A stretch of 64,000 nt of DNA from a bacterium (GTDB taxonomy: Bacteria; Patescibacteriota; Gracilibacteria; JAHISY01). Positions 28,276-37,539 of the stretch are shown one piece after another. The DNA lies in the NCBI GenBank assembly GCA_021779375.1, contig JAJYAT010000004.1, positions 34,884 to 98,883 of the forward strand. The letters run 5' to 3'. The position numbers were made by a program, and so were the translations under genes. Each line of letters opens with the position of its first letter. The stretch's first letter is position 1. The notes beneath the pieces are model-generated. The model saw nothing but the letters and a program-made list of their open reading frames with translations, made no database searches and was not told the origin of the DNA.

Positions 28276-29940
28276 TTAGCCTCGTTGGCTCGCTTTTTCG
28301 AGCGCCGTGATTACGCCGCGGACTTTTTTCTCGACTTCGCCAAATTCGTGGCGCGGCACGGAGTCGGCGACGATGCCCGCCGAGGCTTGAACAGTCGCTT
28401 TTTTCCCGGCCGCGAAGAGACTTCGCAGATTCGCCGCGAAGACGCAATCACCAGTCAGACTGAAAAATCCGACTGCACCCGCGTAGGGTCCGCGCGGATC
28501 TTTTTCGAGGCGCTCGATAATTTTCATCGTCTCAATCTTCGGCGCGCCGCTGACTGTGCCGACAGGCGTATTGGTCGCGAGCGCGTCGAAAGCCGTCAAA
28601 CCTTTTCTCAATTTTCCGACGATTTCGCTGCCGATGTGTTGCACATGCGAAAATTTTTTAAGCTGCATAAATTTCGGCACCTTGACGCTACCAAATTCAC
28701 TGACGCGTCCGACATCGTTTCTCCCGAGGTCGACGAGCATGAGGTGTTCGGCGCGCTCCTTGGCATCATTCAAGAGTTCGCGTCCGAGTGCGTCGTCGAT
28801 TTTTTTGTCGCCCGTGATTTTTCGCGTGCCGGCGAGCGGATAATTTTCCACCTTACCGTTTTCGACGCGGACGATGAGCTCCGGTGAGCTGCCGATCAAT
28901 TCTCGGACTTCGCTCTTCGAGCTTCGACCGACAGGTTTTTCGCTGAACTTCAAATAAAACATGTGCGGACTCGGATTCACTTCGCGCAGCGTGGCGTAAA
29001 ACTCCATGCGGTCACCGCTCAAGTCGAAATAACTTTTGCGCCCGAATTGAAATTGAAAAGTATTACCGGCGAGAATTTCCTTCTGACCGAGCGCGACCTT
29101 CGCCTCGAAATCTTTTTGGGCGATATTCACGCCGCGAGACTTGGCACAGAACTTCGGTTCGGGTTTTAATTTTTTCGCCAAAATTTTCTCGAGCAGTTTC
29201 GAGCGGTCCTCCGACAGATAAAAATATTTCAGTTCGCGCGTTTTTTTATCGAAGATTAAGCCGTCGAAATAAAGTCCAAATTCGAAATCCGGCCAAGCGG
29301 GATCTTTCTTGAACTCTACACTTGGCTCGAAATAACGCGTCGCTTCGTAAGTCAGGTAGCCGAAGAGCCCGCCACGGAAACCACGACCGCGCGGTAAGCG
29401 TGGCAAGAAATTTTTGAGCGCGAGGTATGGATTCGGCGCGGCGAAAACTTTGCCATCGACAATTAATTTCCCGGGTTCAGCGCGAATGACAGCGTGCGGG
29501 GCGAAGCCGACGAAACTCTGGCGCGAAAAATCCGCGTCCTCGCCGAGTGACTCGAGCAAAAATGCCGTGTCAAAATTCTGCCGGAGACGCGCGAAGATTT
29601 CGAGCAGGCTCAAGTTCGTCTGAATTTTTTTCTCACGGTAAACGATTTTCGGCGGCGTCAATTTCTGCGCCAGCTCGAAATAGCTCGACTGCGCCGAGCG
29701 GCTCGTCGCGAAGAGCGCACGAAAAATTTTCTCAACTTCATCCGTCGGGATGCCGAGCTTAGCGGCGAGCTGCTTTTTCTCAATCAATAATTTTTTCTCA
29801 CGCGCGGGATCAAAAACTTTCTTGCCAGTCGCGCGTTTCGCTGCGGCGATTTCGGCGGCGAGATCCTGGCGGCGCGCAATCAATTTCAAAATCTCGGCGT
29901 CGGTGGCATCAATTTTTCCGCGAAGTTCATCTAAATTCAT
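28276..29940 (-). CDS. trpE: AroQ chorismate mutase fused to anthranilate synthase component I (chorismate-binding)
   Basis: N-terminal LDELRGKID..D..I..L...R......I...K......FDPARE; then FLLES, NPSP.MF, GSSPE, PLAGT, KERAEH.MLVDLGRND, GTVSGAPK, RG.Y.G; ATG 29940 has TAAAAT 7 nt upstream. Confidence 0.88.
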   Translation of the reverse strand: MNLDELRGKIDATDAEILKLIARRQDLAAEIAAAKRATGKKVFDPAREKKLLIEKKQLAAKLGIPTDEVEKIFRALFATSRSAQSSYFELAQKLTPPKIVYREKKIQTNLSLLEIFARLRQNFDTAFLLESLGEDADFSRQSFVGFAPHAVIRAEPGKLIVDGKVFAAPNPYLALKNFLPRLPRGRGFRGGLFGYLTYEATRYFEPSVEFKKDPAWPDFEFGLYFDGLIFDKKTRELKYFYLSEDRSKLLEKILAKKLKPEPKFCAKSRGVNIAQKDFEAKVALGQKEILAGNTFQFQFGRKSYFDLSGDRMEFYATLREVNPSPHMFYLKFSEKPVGRSSKSEVRELIGSSPELIVRVENGKVENYPLAGTRKITGDKKIDDALGRELLNDAKERAEHLMLVDLGRNDVGRVSEFGSVKVPKFMQLKKFSHVQHIGSEIVGKLRKGLTAFDALATNTPVGTVSGAPKIETMKIIERLEKDPRGPYAGAVGFFSLTGDCVFAANLRSLFAAGKKATVQASAGIVADSVPRHEFGEVEKKVRGVITALEKASQRG

Positions 29941-29947
29941 CGCTCGC

Positions 29948-29962
29948 ATTTTACGCTAAAAT
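29948..29962. promoter_or_regulatory. Back-to-back divergent -10 boxes (ATTTTA-CGC-TAAAAT) for trpE and hisF
   Basis: Each box lies 6-7 nt from its start codon; the starts are only 28 nt apart. Confidence 0.7.
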
Positions 29963-29968
29963 TCCCGC

Positions 29969-30730
29969 GTGCTCACCAAACGTATCATCCCGTGTCTCGA
30001 CGTCGATGCTGGTCGTGTCGTCAAAGGTATCGAATTTGTGAATCTGCGCGACGCAGGTGATCCGGTCGTGCTCGCGAAATTTTACGATGGTGAGTCGGCG
30101 GACGAACTTTGCTTCCTCGACATCACGGCTTCTTCGGATTCGCGCGAGACGGTTTTCGAAATGATTGCCCAAGTCGCGAGTCAAGTTTTCATCCCGTTTG
30201 CGGTCGGTGGCGGTGTGCGCTCAGTCGCGGATGCGAAAAAAATTCTCGCCGCAGGTGCGGACAAAATCGCAATCAATTCTGCGGCGGTCGCGAACCCTAA
30301 TTTGATTTCCGAAATTGCCGAGGCGATCGGATCACAAAATCTGATTCTCGCGATTGATTCCAAAAAAGTTGGTGAAGAGTTTGCCGTCTTCACGCACGGC
30401 GGTCGTCGCAATTCCGGACTCGGCGTGGTCGAGTGGGCGCGTCGTGGTGAAAAAATGGGAGCGGGTGAAATTCTCCTGACTTCGATGGACGCGGATGGCA
30501 CGAAAAATGGCTTCGACATTCCGCTGACGCGTGCGGTTTCTGAGGCACTCAAAATCCCAGTCATCGCGAGTGGTGGTGCTGGGCGCGCGGAGCACTTCCT
30601 CGAAGTTTTCCAAAAGACTTCGGCGGACGCGGCACTCGCGGCTTCGATTTTTCACTTCAAAGAAACCTCGATTGTTGCGATTAAAAATTTCCTCGCGGAA
30701 AATCAAATTCCAGTTAGAATTACAGCATGA
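29969..30730 (+). CDS. hisF: Imidazole glycerol phosphate synthase cyclase subunit
   Basis: [55 protein letters not shown]. Confidence 0.97.
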   Translation: MLTKRIIPCLDVDAGRVVKGIEFVNLRDAGDPVVLAKFYDGESADELCFLDITASSDSRETVFEMIAQVASQVFIPFAVGGGVRSVADAKKILAAGADKIAINSAAVANPNLISEIAEAIGSQNLILAIDSKKVGEEFAVFTHGGRRNSGLGVVEWARRGEKMGAGEILLTSMDADGTKNGFDIPLTRAVSEALKIPVIASGGAGRAEHFLEVFQKTSADAALAASIFHFKETSIVAIKNFLAENQIPVRITA

Positions 30731-31053
30731 ACGCACCGAAAATCGATTTCGCAAAAATGGGCGGACTGATTCCGGCGGTTGTGCAGGATGCGAAAACCGG
30801 CGAAATTTTGATGCTCGCTTTCCAAAATCAGGAAGCCTTCGACCAAACAGTCGCGACGAAAGAAGTTTATTTTTTCTCGCGCTCGCGCCAGAAGCTTTGG
30901 AAGAAAGGTGAGACCAGCGGCAATGTTTTGAAAGTAGTTGAAGTGCTCGCTGACTGCGACGACGACTCGATTATTATCAAAGTTGCGCATGATCCGGATA
31001 TGAAAGCCTGTCACACGGGCGCGCGCAATTGTTTCTTTAAAAAAGTTTTGTGA
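30727..31053 (+). CDS. hisI: Phosphoribosyl-AMP cyclohydrolase
   Basis: [36 protein letters not shown]. Confidence 0.95.
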   Translation: MNAPKIDFAKMGGLIPAVVQDAKTGEILMLAFQNQEAFDQTVATKEVYFFSRSRQKLWKKGETSGNVLKVVEVLADCDDDSIIIKVAHDPDMKACHTGARNCFFKKVL

Positions 31054-31460
31054 ATTCAAATGAGCTGGCCTTGGCGGAACAACTCTTCGGCGTTTTCGTG
31101 ATGCTGCGCGATTCCAACCAATTTCTCGAGTCGGGGACTGCCAAGATGCTCAGAGAAAAAGACGCCGAATTTTTCCAAAAGCGCGCAGCTGAAGAATTCG
31201 CTGAGCTGACGGGAGTCGTCGACGGTTCACATCGCCATTCCGCAGATTTCGAACAAGACTTTTTACTCGAGAGCTCGCAGGTTTTTTATTGGCTGAGTTT
31301 GGCGGCGGTCGTGCAGCAGAAAAATTTTTCAGAATTTACGCAAATTTTCGCGCGTGAGCTTTCAGAGCTTGAAGCGATTCACACGGTGCACAAGATTCCC
31401 ATCGCAAAAATCTTCGAAAAAGATTTAGCCGAGTGCCGCACCAAAGGCTACCTCGTTTAA
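31050..31460 (+). CDS. Divergent HisE-like phosphoribosyl-ATP pyrophosphohydrolase (all-alpha NTP-PPase)
   Basis: Coupled to hisI; S.TAKML...KRAAEE..E...E..Q..Y.L parallels HisE S.T..L...K..EE..E...E.AD..YH. Confidence 0.55.
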   Translation: MNSNELALAEQLFGVFVMLRDSNQFLESGTAKMLREKDAEFFQKRAAEEFAELTGVVDGSHRHSADFEQDFLLESSQVFYWLSLAAVVQQKNFSEFTQIFARELSELEAIHTVHKIPIAKIFEKDLAECRTKGYLV

Positions 31461-32413
31461 TTTTTGTGCGCTTCCCAGAGCTTGGAGACAGAGCGACCAG
31501 TGTGAATACCGACGATTGTTTTGGCGAGTAGATCGGTGATGGAGAGAATTTTCACATTTTTCAATTTGCCGAAATCCTGGGGAATCGAATCGGTGAAAAC
31601 GATTTCCTCGAATTTAGCTTGCGCCAATTTCTCTTTGGCTTCGCCCGAGAGAACCGCGTGCGTCGCGGCAAGGAAGACTTTGTTCGCGCCATTTTTTCTC
31701 AAAACTTCGGCTGCGGCGGCGACTGAGCCAGCAGTGTCGACCATGTCGTCGAAGAGAATCGCGACTTTGCCGGCGACATCGCCGACGACTTTTTGAATTT
31801 CGGCGCGATTGTGCGCGGGGCGGGATTTGTGCAGGATCGCGAGGTCGGCACCGAGCAGACGGGCAAATTTCTCAGCTTTCTTCGCGCCACCGGCATCCGG
31901 CGAGACGACGACAGTATTTTTTATTTGCTTCTTGGCGAAATAATCGAGGAAAAGTTTTTGTGCGGTGAGATTGTCGACGGGCTTTTCGAAGAAGGCTTGC
32001 GCCTGGTCGGAGTGCAGGTCGAGCGTGATGACGTGTTTCGCACCGGCGGTCTCGATCAGATTCGCCACGAGCTTCGCCGAGATCGGCTCGCGCGGGTCGG
32101 CGATACGATCCTGGCGGGCGTAGCCGAAGTGCGGGATCACGACATGGATGTATTTCGCGAGGCTGCGTTTCAGCGCGTCAATCGTCAAAAACAATTCCAT
32201 CAAATCTTCGTCGACCTTGTGCGTCGCCGTCGAAATGACGAAACAATTGCAGCCGCGCACGGATTCACCGATCTGGACGTAGCGCTCGCCGCAGGCGAAT
32301 TTTTTACTCGTCAGTTTTCCGGGCGGAACTCCGGCCTTGCGGCAAATCTCATCGCCCAAACTCACCGCGGAGCTGGTGGAAAAAATTTTTAGAAATTTGA
32401 GGTCTGATTTCAT
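31457..32413 (-). CDS. prs: Ribose-phosphate pyrophosphokinase
   Basis: ESVRG, YARQDR, DLHS.Q, VVSPDAGG, DDMVDTAGS, ATHAVLS. Confidence 0.96.
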   Translation of the reverse strand: MKSDLKFLKIFSTSSAVSLGDEICRKAGVPPGKLTSKKFACGERYVQIGESVRGCNCFVISTATHKVDEDLMELFLTIDALKRSLAKYIHVVIPHFGYARQDRIADPREPISAKLVANLIETAGAKHVITLDLHSDQAQAFFEKPVDNLTAQKLFLDYFAKKQIKNTVVVSPDAGGAKKAEKFARLLGADLAILHKSRPAHNRAEIQKVVGDVAGKVAILFDDMVDTAGSVAAAAEVLRKNGANKVFLAATHAVLSGEAKEKLAQAKFEEIVFTDSIPQDFGKLKNVKILSITDLLAKTIVGIHTGRSVSKLWEAHKN

Positions 32414-32458
32414 CGTGGCGGCATTTTAACATTGTCGCGTTAATTCAGAAAATTGGAC

Positions 32459-32488
32459 AAAAAAGCCCCGCAGTCGCGAGGCTTTTTC
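32459..32488. terminator. Bidirectional-type intrinsic terminator after pilin copy 1
   Basis: AAAAAAGCC-CCGCAGTCGCGA-GGCTTTTT; identical core at 33047-33078. Confidence 0.75.
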
Positions 32489-32514
32489 GTTTGAATTTAA
32501 GATTAGTCTCCGCT

Positions 32515-32928
32515 TCATCCTCCGGTTGGATTGTCGACGCCTCCAGAAATCATATTGAGCAGAGCATTGACGAGGACGGCTGCGATGAGGATGAGGACGA
32601 TACCAATTACGGAGTAAGTAATAATTTTCTTAGCCTTGGCGATGTTGTCATCGCTCATGCCAGCAGTGACGTAAAGGAAGCCGCCGTAAAGCAGGAAAAT
32701 AGTCGCGACGAATCCGAGGAAATATAAAATCCAGTTCACCATTGTTTGGACTAGCCCTCGTAAACCAGCAGTGCAAAGACCTTGCTGTCGTTGCCAATCA
32801 GTGCAAGTCGCATCTATGTCGTCGGCGGCGGCACCCGGAGCGGTGACTGTCGTCAAAGTCGCAACACCCAAAAGAGTAGTGAGCCCGATTGCGAGACTGA
32901 GCATGAGCGCTTTGATTCTTGTCGACAT
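32515..32928 (-). CDS. TrbC/VirB2-like pilin, paralog 1
   Basis: Signal-like N-terminus, Cys-x9-Cys loop, TM...YGGFLYVTAG..D....KAKKII..SVIG pattern typical of CPR pilin-like proteins. Confidence 0.8.
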   Translation of the reverse strand: MSTRIKALMLSLAIGLTTLLGVATLTTVTAPGAAADDIDATCTDWQRQQGLCTAGLRGLVQTMVNWILYFLGFVATIFLLYGGFLYVTAGMSDDNIAKAKKIITYSVIGIVLILIAAVLVNALLNMISGGVDNPTGG

Positions 32929-33046
32929 TGGGAGGGAGGATTAGTTCGCGAAAAATTTTAATCGAAAAAACTCGCTTTGCAAATTTTCGCCTCGCCGAGA
33001 GCCTAGTTTGCCATTTCGTTTATCACTCAACCTAAGATTTTCAAAT

Positions 33047-33078
33047 AAAAAAAAGCCCCGCAGTCGCGAGGCTTTTTC
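33047..33078. terminator. Intrinsic terminator after pilin copy 2
   Basis: Same sequence as 32459-32488. Confidence 0.75.
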
Positions 33079-33095
33079 AAATTGCTTAGAAATTC

Positions 33096-33500
33096 TCAGG
33101 CGGTTGGATTGTCGACGCCACCTGCGATCATATTGAGGAGTGCATTGACGAGGACAGCCGCGACTAGGATGACGACGATACCGATTGCAGCGTAGGTAAT
33201 GATTTTCTTGGCTTTGGCGATGTTGTCATCGCTCATACCAGCAGTGATGTAGAGGAATCCGCCGTAAATCAAGAAAATAGTCGCGATGAATCCGAGGAAG
33301 AATAGGAACCAGTTGACCATCGTCCGCATCATCTCTCTGAGACCAGGAGTGCAAAGACCCTGAGCTTCTTGCCAAGCTGTGCAAGTAATGTCGTCGGCGG
33401 CGGCGCTCGGAGCGGTGACCGTCGTCAAAGTCGCAACACCCAAAAGAGAGGTGAGGCTGAGAGTGAGACTGAGTACGAGCGCTTTGATTTTGGTGGACAT
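33096..33500 (-). CDS. TrbC/VirB2-like pilin, paralog 2
   Basis: Closely similar to 32515-32928, with a duplicated TTGCAA-N16-TAAAAT promoter. Confidence 0.8.
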   Translation of the reverse strand: MSTKIKALVLSLTLSLTSLLGVATLTTVTAPSAAADDITCTAWQEAQGLCTPGLREMMRTMVNWFLFFLGFIATIFLIYGGFLYITAGMSDDNIAKAKKIITYAAIGIVVILVAAVLVNALLNMIAGGVDNPTA

Positions 33501-33565
33501 TTTGGGAGAGGGTTAGTTCGCGAAAAATTTTAATCAAAAAAGGTCGCGTTGCAAAATTTTTTTGT

Positions 33566-34255
33566 TCAACGCCGTGAGAGCGCAGTCATGAAGCGCAGAA
33601 TGTATTCAAAAAGTAAAATGAAATCGAGGAATAACGAGATTGAGGCTTGGATTGGCGAAATAGTGCCTTCGAGCTTTTTGATTTTTTGGAAGTCGTAAGC
33701 CGTAAAACCAGCGAAAACCAAAACACCAAAACCTGAAAAAATCAATTCAATTCCATCATTCCAAACGGAAATTCCGAAAAAACTCAAAATAAAAGTGAGC
33801 AGCGAGATGACGATCATGCCAATCAAACTTGCCATCAAAAAGCCACCAAGTCCGGTCAAATCGCGTTTGGTTGTCGCGCCGAAAAGCGCCAATCCGGCAA
33901 ACATCGCGATGGTCGCGACGAGGGCTTTTACCAAAATCAAAACTCCTGCTGAAAGTGCGGCATAGACCAGGAGTGGGACGAGCGTGAGTCCGAAGATCGC
34001 GGCGAACAAAATTAAAAACAAATAACCGAAACTGGCGCGACTCCATCGCTTCGCGGTAAAAACCAAAATCAAGGTGAGTGCGAACATCGCGAACATGAAT
34101 CCGGTGTTCGTGATGAGCGTCGTCGGGACTAAATATATTCCGGCAAGCACGCCAGCAGCTGCAGCCGCGAGTGCGAGCGCGAAGTAGCCCATCGTGCGTG
34201 CAAAAAAAGTAGACGAACCGACAGTTCGTGTCGCGGTGTGAGAAAGTTGAGTCAT
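33566..34255 (-). CDS. Bax inhibitor-1/YccA family membrane protein
   Basis: Seven TMs, TKRDL..LG, F.G.TAYDFQ.I, A..LFLDFI.LF. Confidence 0.9.
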   Translation of the reverse strand: MTQLSHTATRTVGSSTFFARTMGYFALALAAAAAGVLAGIYLVPTTLITNTGFMFAMFALTLILVFTAKRWSRASFGYLFLILFAAIFGLTLVPLLVYAALSAGVLILVKALVATIAMFAGLALFGATTKRDLTGLGGFLMASLIGMIVISLLTFILSFFGISVWNDGIELIFSGFGVLVFAGFTAYDFQKIKKLEGTISPIQASISLFLDFILLFEYILRFMTALSRR

Positions 34256-34433
34256 AATTGGATTTTATTCGCAGCGCATTTTTTTGTAAATTGCACCAAA
34301 AGCCTTTTTGTACAATGATTTCTTGAACACAAAAATTCTCCAAAAAAGTGTGACTGAACTCAAAAGTTGTTCGAATAAATTTGCGTCTCGAATCGGCAAA
34401 ATTTAAACTGGCACCAATTTAAAAAACACAGCT

Positions 34434-35663
34434 TTGGCAAAAGATAGCATCGTCGTCGGTCTCGACATCGGCAGTAGCAAGATTCGCACAGTAATTGCGA
34501 ATATTGACGAACGAGACGTTTTGCCAAACGTCATCGGCGCGGGCGTCTCGCCCTCGGCGGGATTACGCAAAGGCGTGATCGTCGATGTGAATGAAACCAT
34601 CTCGGCGATTACGGCGTCACTCGAGGACGCGGAACGCATGAGCGGGTCGCCGATTCACCATGCGGTGATTGCAGTCGGTGGTGCGCATCTCGCGGCGATT
34701 AATTCGCGCGGTGTGATTGCCGTGCCACACGGTGGAGAGATTTCAGCGGGCGATGTCGAGCGTGTGCTCGAAGCGGCGCAGGCGGTCAATATCCAAGCTA
34801 ACCGCCAAATTCTCCGCGTCATTCCTCAAAATTACACGATTGACGATCAGACTGGCATTCGCAATCCACTCGGAATGAAAGGTGTTCGGTTGGAAGTCGA
34901 GGCGCACATCATCACTGGTCTCGCGCCTGCTTTGAAAAATCTCGAAAATGCCGTGCACCAATCTGGCGTGGATGTTGACGATTTTATTCCGGCGCCGCTC
35001 GCTGCCGCCGAGGCGGTTCTCTCCAAGCGTCAAAAAGAACTCGGCGTAGTCGCGATTGACATCGGCTCGAGCTCGACGGGAATTTCCGTCTACGAGGAAG
35101 GCGTCGTCATCGCGAGCTTCGTGCTGCCGGTCGGCGGCGACAGCGTCACCAATGACATCGCGATTGGTCTCAGGACCAGCGTCGATGCGGCGGAGAAATT
35201 AAAAATCGAATACGGCACGGCGAAACCGGCGGATGTTTCTGACCGCGAGACGATTGATCTCGCTACGATTTCCAAGGCGGACTCACAGATCGTCGAACGC
35301 CGCCAACTCGCCGAAATTATTTACGCGCGTTACCATGAGATTCTCTCGATGGTGAATGAAAAGCTGGCATTGATTGAGCGTGACGGACAACTCCCGGCAG
35401 GCGCAGTCATCACGGGCGGTGGCGCGAAAATTCCCGAGCTGATTGAGCTGGCGCGCGAGACGCTTTCACTGCCGGTCCAGATTGGGTTTCCGACAGCGAT
35501 TGACGGCATCGTCGACAAGATTGACGATCCAGCGTACGCGACCGCAGTCGGACTCGTGATTTTCGGTTCGCGCGGTTCGTCACGCAGCTATTCACTTTCC
35601 AGCGTGGACTTCGGCAAGACTTTTGACGGAGTAAAAAATTTCTTCAAGAAACTCCTGCCGTAA
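34434..35663 (+). CDS. ftsA: Cell division protein FtsA
   Basis: GLDIGSSKI, S.GLRKGVIVD, P.GMKGVRLE, IDIG, VGG..VTNDIA.GL, TGGGA, YATAVGL. Confidence 0.96.
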   Translation: MAKDSIVVGLDIGSSKIRTVIANIDERDVLPNVIGAGVSPSAGLRKGVIVDVNETISAITASLEDAERMSGSPIHHAVIAVGGAHLAAINSRGVIAVPHGGEISAGDVERVLEAAQAVNIQANRQILRVIPQNYTIDDQTGIRNPLGMKGVRLEVEAHIITGLAPALKNLENAVHQSGVDVDDFIPAPLAAAEAVLSKRQKELGVVAIDIGSSSTGISVYEEGVVIASFVLPVGGDSVTNDIAIGLRTSVDAAEKLKIEYGTAKPADVSDRETIDLATISKADSQIVERRQLAEIIYARYHEILSMVNEKLALIERDGQLPAGAVITGGGAKIPELIELARETLSLPVQIGFPTAIDGIVDKIDDPAYATAVGLVIFGSRGSSRSYSLSSVDFGKTFDGVKNFFKKLLP

Positions 35664-35735
35664 AAAAAATTTGTTCAACAAAATTTCCGTGAATAAAAGT
35701 TTTAATTTAAAATCCAATTCCTAACCACTTCCAAT

Positions 35736-36875
35736 ATGTCTGACAACTTCAAAAATCTTTTCGGCGGGGCAGGGCGCGGCACTGGCTCGAGCTCGTCTTC
35801 GTCCCAAGAGATTAATCCTGGCATTTCTCCAGTCGCGAAAATCAAAGTCATCGGCGTGGGTGGTTCTGGCAACAATGCGCTCAACCGCATGATCAAAGCG
35901 CAAGTCAGCGGTGTCGAATTCATCGCGATCAATACCGACGCGCAGGCGCTCTATCACAACAATGCGCCGCTCAAGATTAATATCGGCAAAGGTACGACGC
36001 GCGGTCTCGGTGCCGGCTCCGATCAGAATGTCGGCAAGAAAGCCGCCGAAGAATCTTCCGAAGAAATTCGCGGTCATCTCGAAAACACGGACATGGTTTT
36101 CATCACTTGCGGTATGGGCGGTGGCACCGGTACGGGCGCGGCGCCGGTGATTGCCGAGATGGCGAAAGAAGCGGGCGCACTTACAGTCGCGGTCGTCACC
36201 AAACCGTTCACTTTCGAAGGCGAGAAGCGCGGTGAGCGCGCAGTCAGCGGCATCGAAGACTTGAAGAGTAAGGTCGATACGTTGATTACGATTCCGAATG
36301 ACAAAATTCTTTCTATCATCGACAAGAAGACACCGATTCACGATGCATTCACTGTCGTCGACGATGTTTTGCGCCAGGGCGTGCAGGGCATTTCCGACCT
36401 CATCACGATTCACGGAATGATCAACGTCGACTTTGCCGATGTGAAAAACATTATGCAAAATGCCGGTTCGGCTTTGATGGGCATCGGTTACGGCACGGGT
36501 GAAAATCGTGCGGTCGAAGCAGCGCGCGCTGCGATTGATTCGCCGCTGCTCGAACAACAAATCGACGGCGCGAAAGGCTTGCTCTTCAATGTCACAGGTG
36601 GCAACGACCTCTCAATGTTCGAAGTCGACGAGGCGGCGAAAGTCATCACCGCTGCCGCCGATCCGAGTGCGAATATCATCTTCGGCGCGGTCATCGACGA
36701 CAGCTACACTGGCGAAATCAAGATTACTGTCATCGCGACTGGTTTTGACGATAAGCCAAAAGCAGTGACTGTAGCGAAGCGGAGTGCTGTGACGCGTGCT
36801 TTTGGTTCGCCACTCGCACGACCAGAAATTGACGATCTCGAAGTGCCAGCATTCATTCGTAAGAAAGTTAAATAA
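35736..36875 (+). CDS. ftsZ: Cell division protein FtsZ
   Basis: [33 protein letters not shown]-terminal LEVPAFIR. Confidence 0.98.
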   Translation: MSDNFKNLFGGAGRGTGSSSSSSQEINPGISPVAKIKVIGVGGSGNNALNRMIKAQVSGVEFIAINTDAQALYHNNAPLKINIGKGTTRGLGAGSDQNVGKKAAEESSEEIRGHLENTDMVFITCGMGGGTGTGAAPVIAEMAKEAGALTVAVVTKPFTFEGEKRGERAVSGIEDLKSKVDTLITIPNDKILSIIDKKTPIHDAFTVVDDVLRQGVQGISDLITIHGMINVDFADVKNIMQNAGSALMGIGYGTGENRAVEAARAAIDSPLLEQQIDGAKGLLFNVTGGNDLSMFEVDEAAKVITAAADPSANIIFGAVIDDSYTGEIKITVIATGFDDKPKAVTVAKRSAVTRAFGSPLARPEIDDLEVPAFIRKKVK

Positions 36876-36911
36876 GTCATAAGTCATAAGTCATAAGTCA
36901 TAAGTCATAAG
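36873..36911 (+). repeat. Perfect heptamer tandem repeat (TAAGTCA)5 + TAAG
   Basis: The first unit supplies the ftsZ TAA stop. Confidence 0.95.
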
Positions 36912-36928
36912 GATTAAGAAATAAGGAG

Positions 36929-36963
36929 AATAGGGACGAGGCACGCTGAGTCCCTATTTTTTT
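36929..36963 (+). terminator. ftsZ terminator resembling a GTAG-type REP
   Basis: AATAGGGAC-GAGGCACGCTGA-GTCCCTATT followed by a T run; similar to 37540-37568. Confidence 0.65.
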
Positions 36964-37051
36964 GTCGAATATCTAACATCGTCACCTGATATTTTTTCTT
37001 TAGAGATTCATATAATTGGCAGTTCAATAATACTGATTTAAAATCCAAACG

Positions 37052-37516
37052 ATGAAGAACAAAAAAATTTGGGGCGGAATTGTGGGATTGGTTGTTTTGT
37101 TTATTGTGGAGTATCTAAACACAATCTTGTCTTATGGTCTTGAATGTGAATTTCCTGATGACCACTTGTGTGGCATTTGGCTGCCTATTTGGATGTATAA
37201 CTCACTCAACCCTTTATGGTTGTTTTTCTTAATAATTTTTTTCTGGGGAATAATAGAATTTGCAATTAAAGAGTATAAATCTAAACCTTCTCTAAATCAT
37301 CTACCCATGAAGAATAAAAAAATTTGGGCAGGGGTCGCGGGTTTGATAGTCTTTTTTGCCGTAAAACATCTGATTTTAATCACAATGGTCTATGTTGAGA
37401 ATTATAGTGTCGAGTTGCCTAATCGGTTATTTAATTCACTGATTTTTATTTTTCTCTTCATTTTTATCTGGGGGATAATCGAACTGGTTGTTAGAAAATA
37501 TAAAGCTAGAACCTGA
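37052..37516 (+). CDS. AT-rich membrane protein made of two tandem homologous halves
   Basis: MKNKKIWGGIVGLVVLF...FFWGIIE..IKEYK / MKNKKIWAGVAGLIVFF...FIWGIIE..VRKYK; second Met at 37307. Confidence 0.75.
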   Translation: MKNKKIWGGIVGLVVLFIVEYLNTILSYGLECEFPDDHLCGIWLPIWMYNSLNPLWLFFLIIFFWGIIEFAIKEYKSKPSLNHLPMKNKKIWAGVAGLIVFFAVKHLILITMVYVENYSVELPNRLFNSLIFIFLFIFIWGIIELVVRKYKART

Positions 37517-37539
37517 GGCGCAGAGGATTAATAAATTTA

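Noticed and set aside
32503-32517. TGA read-through (genetic code 25) at pilin 1
   Set aside because: Conserved genes end at TGA at the expected lengths (lysC, asd, hisF, trmD) and long ORFs have no internal TGA, so code 11 applies.
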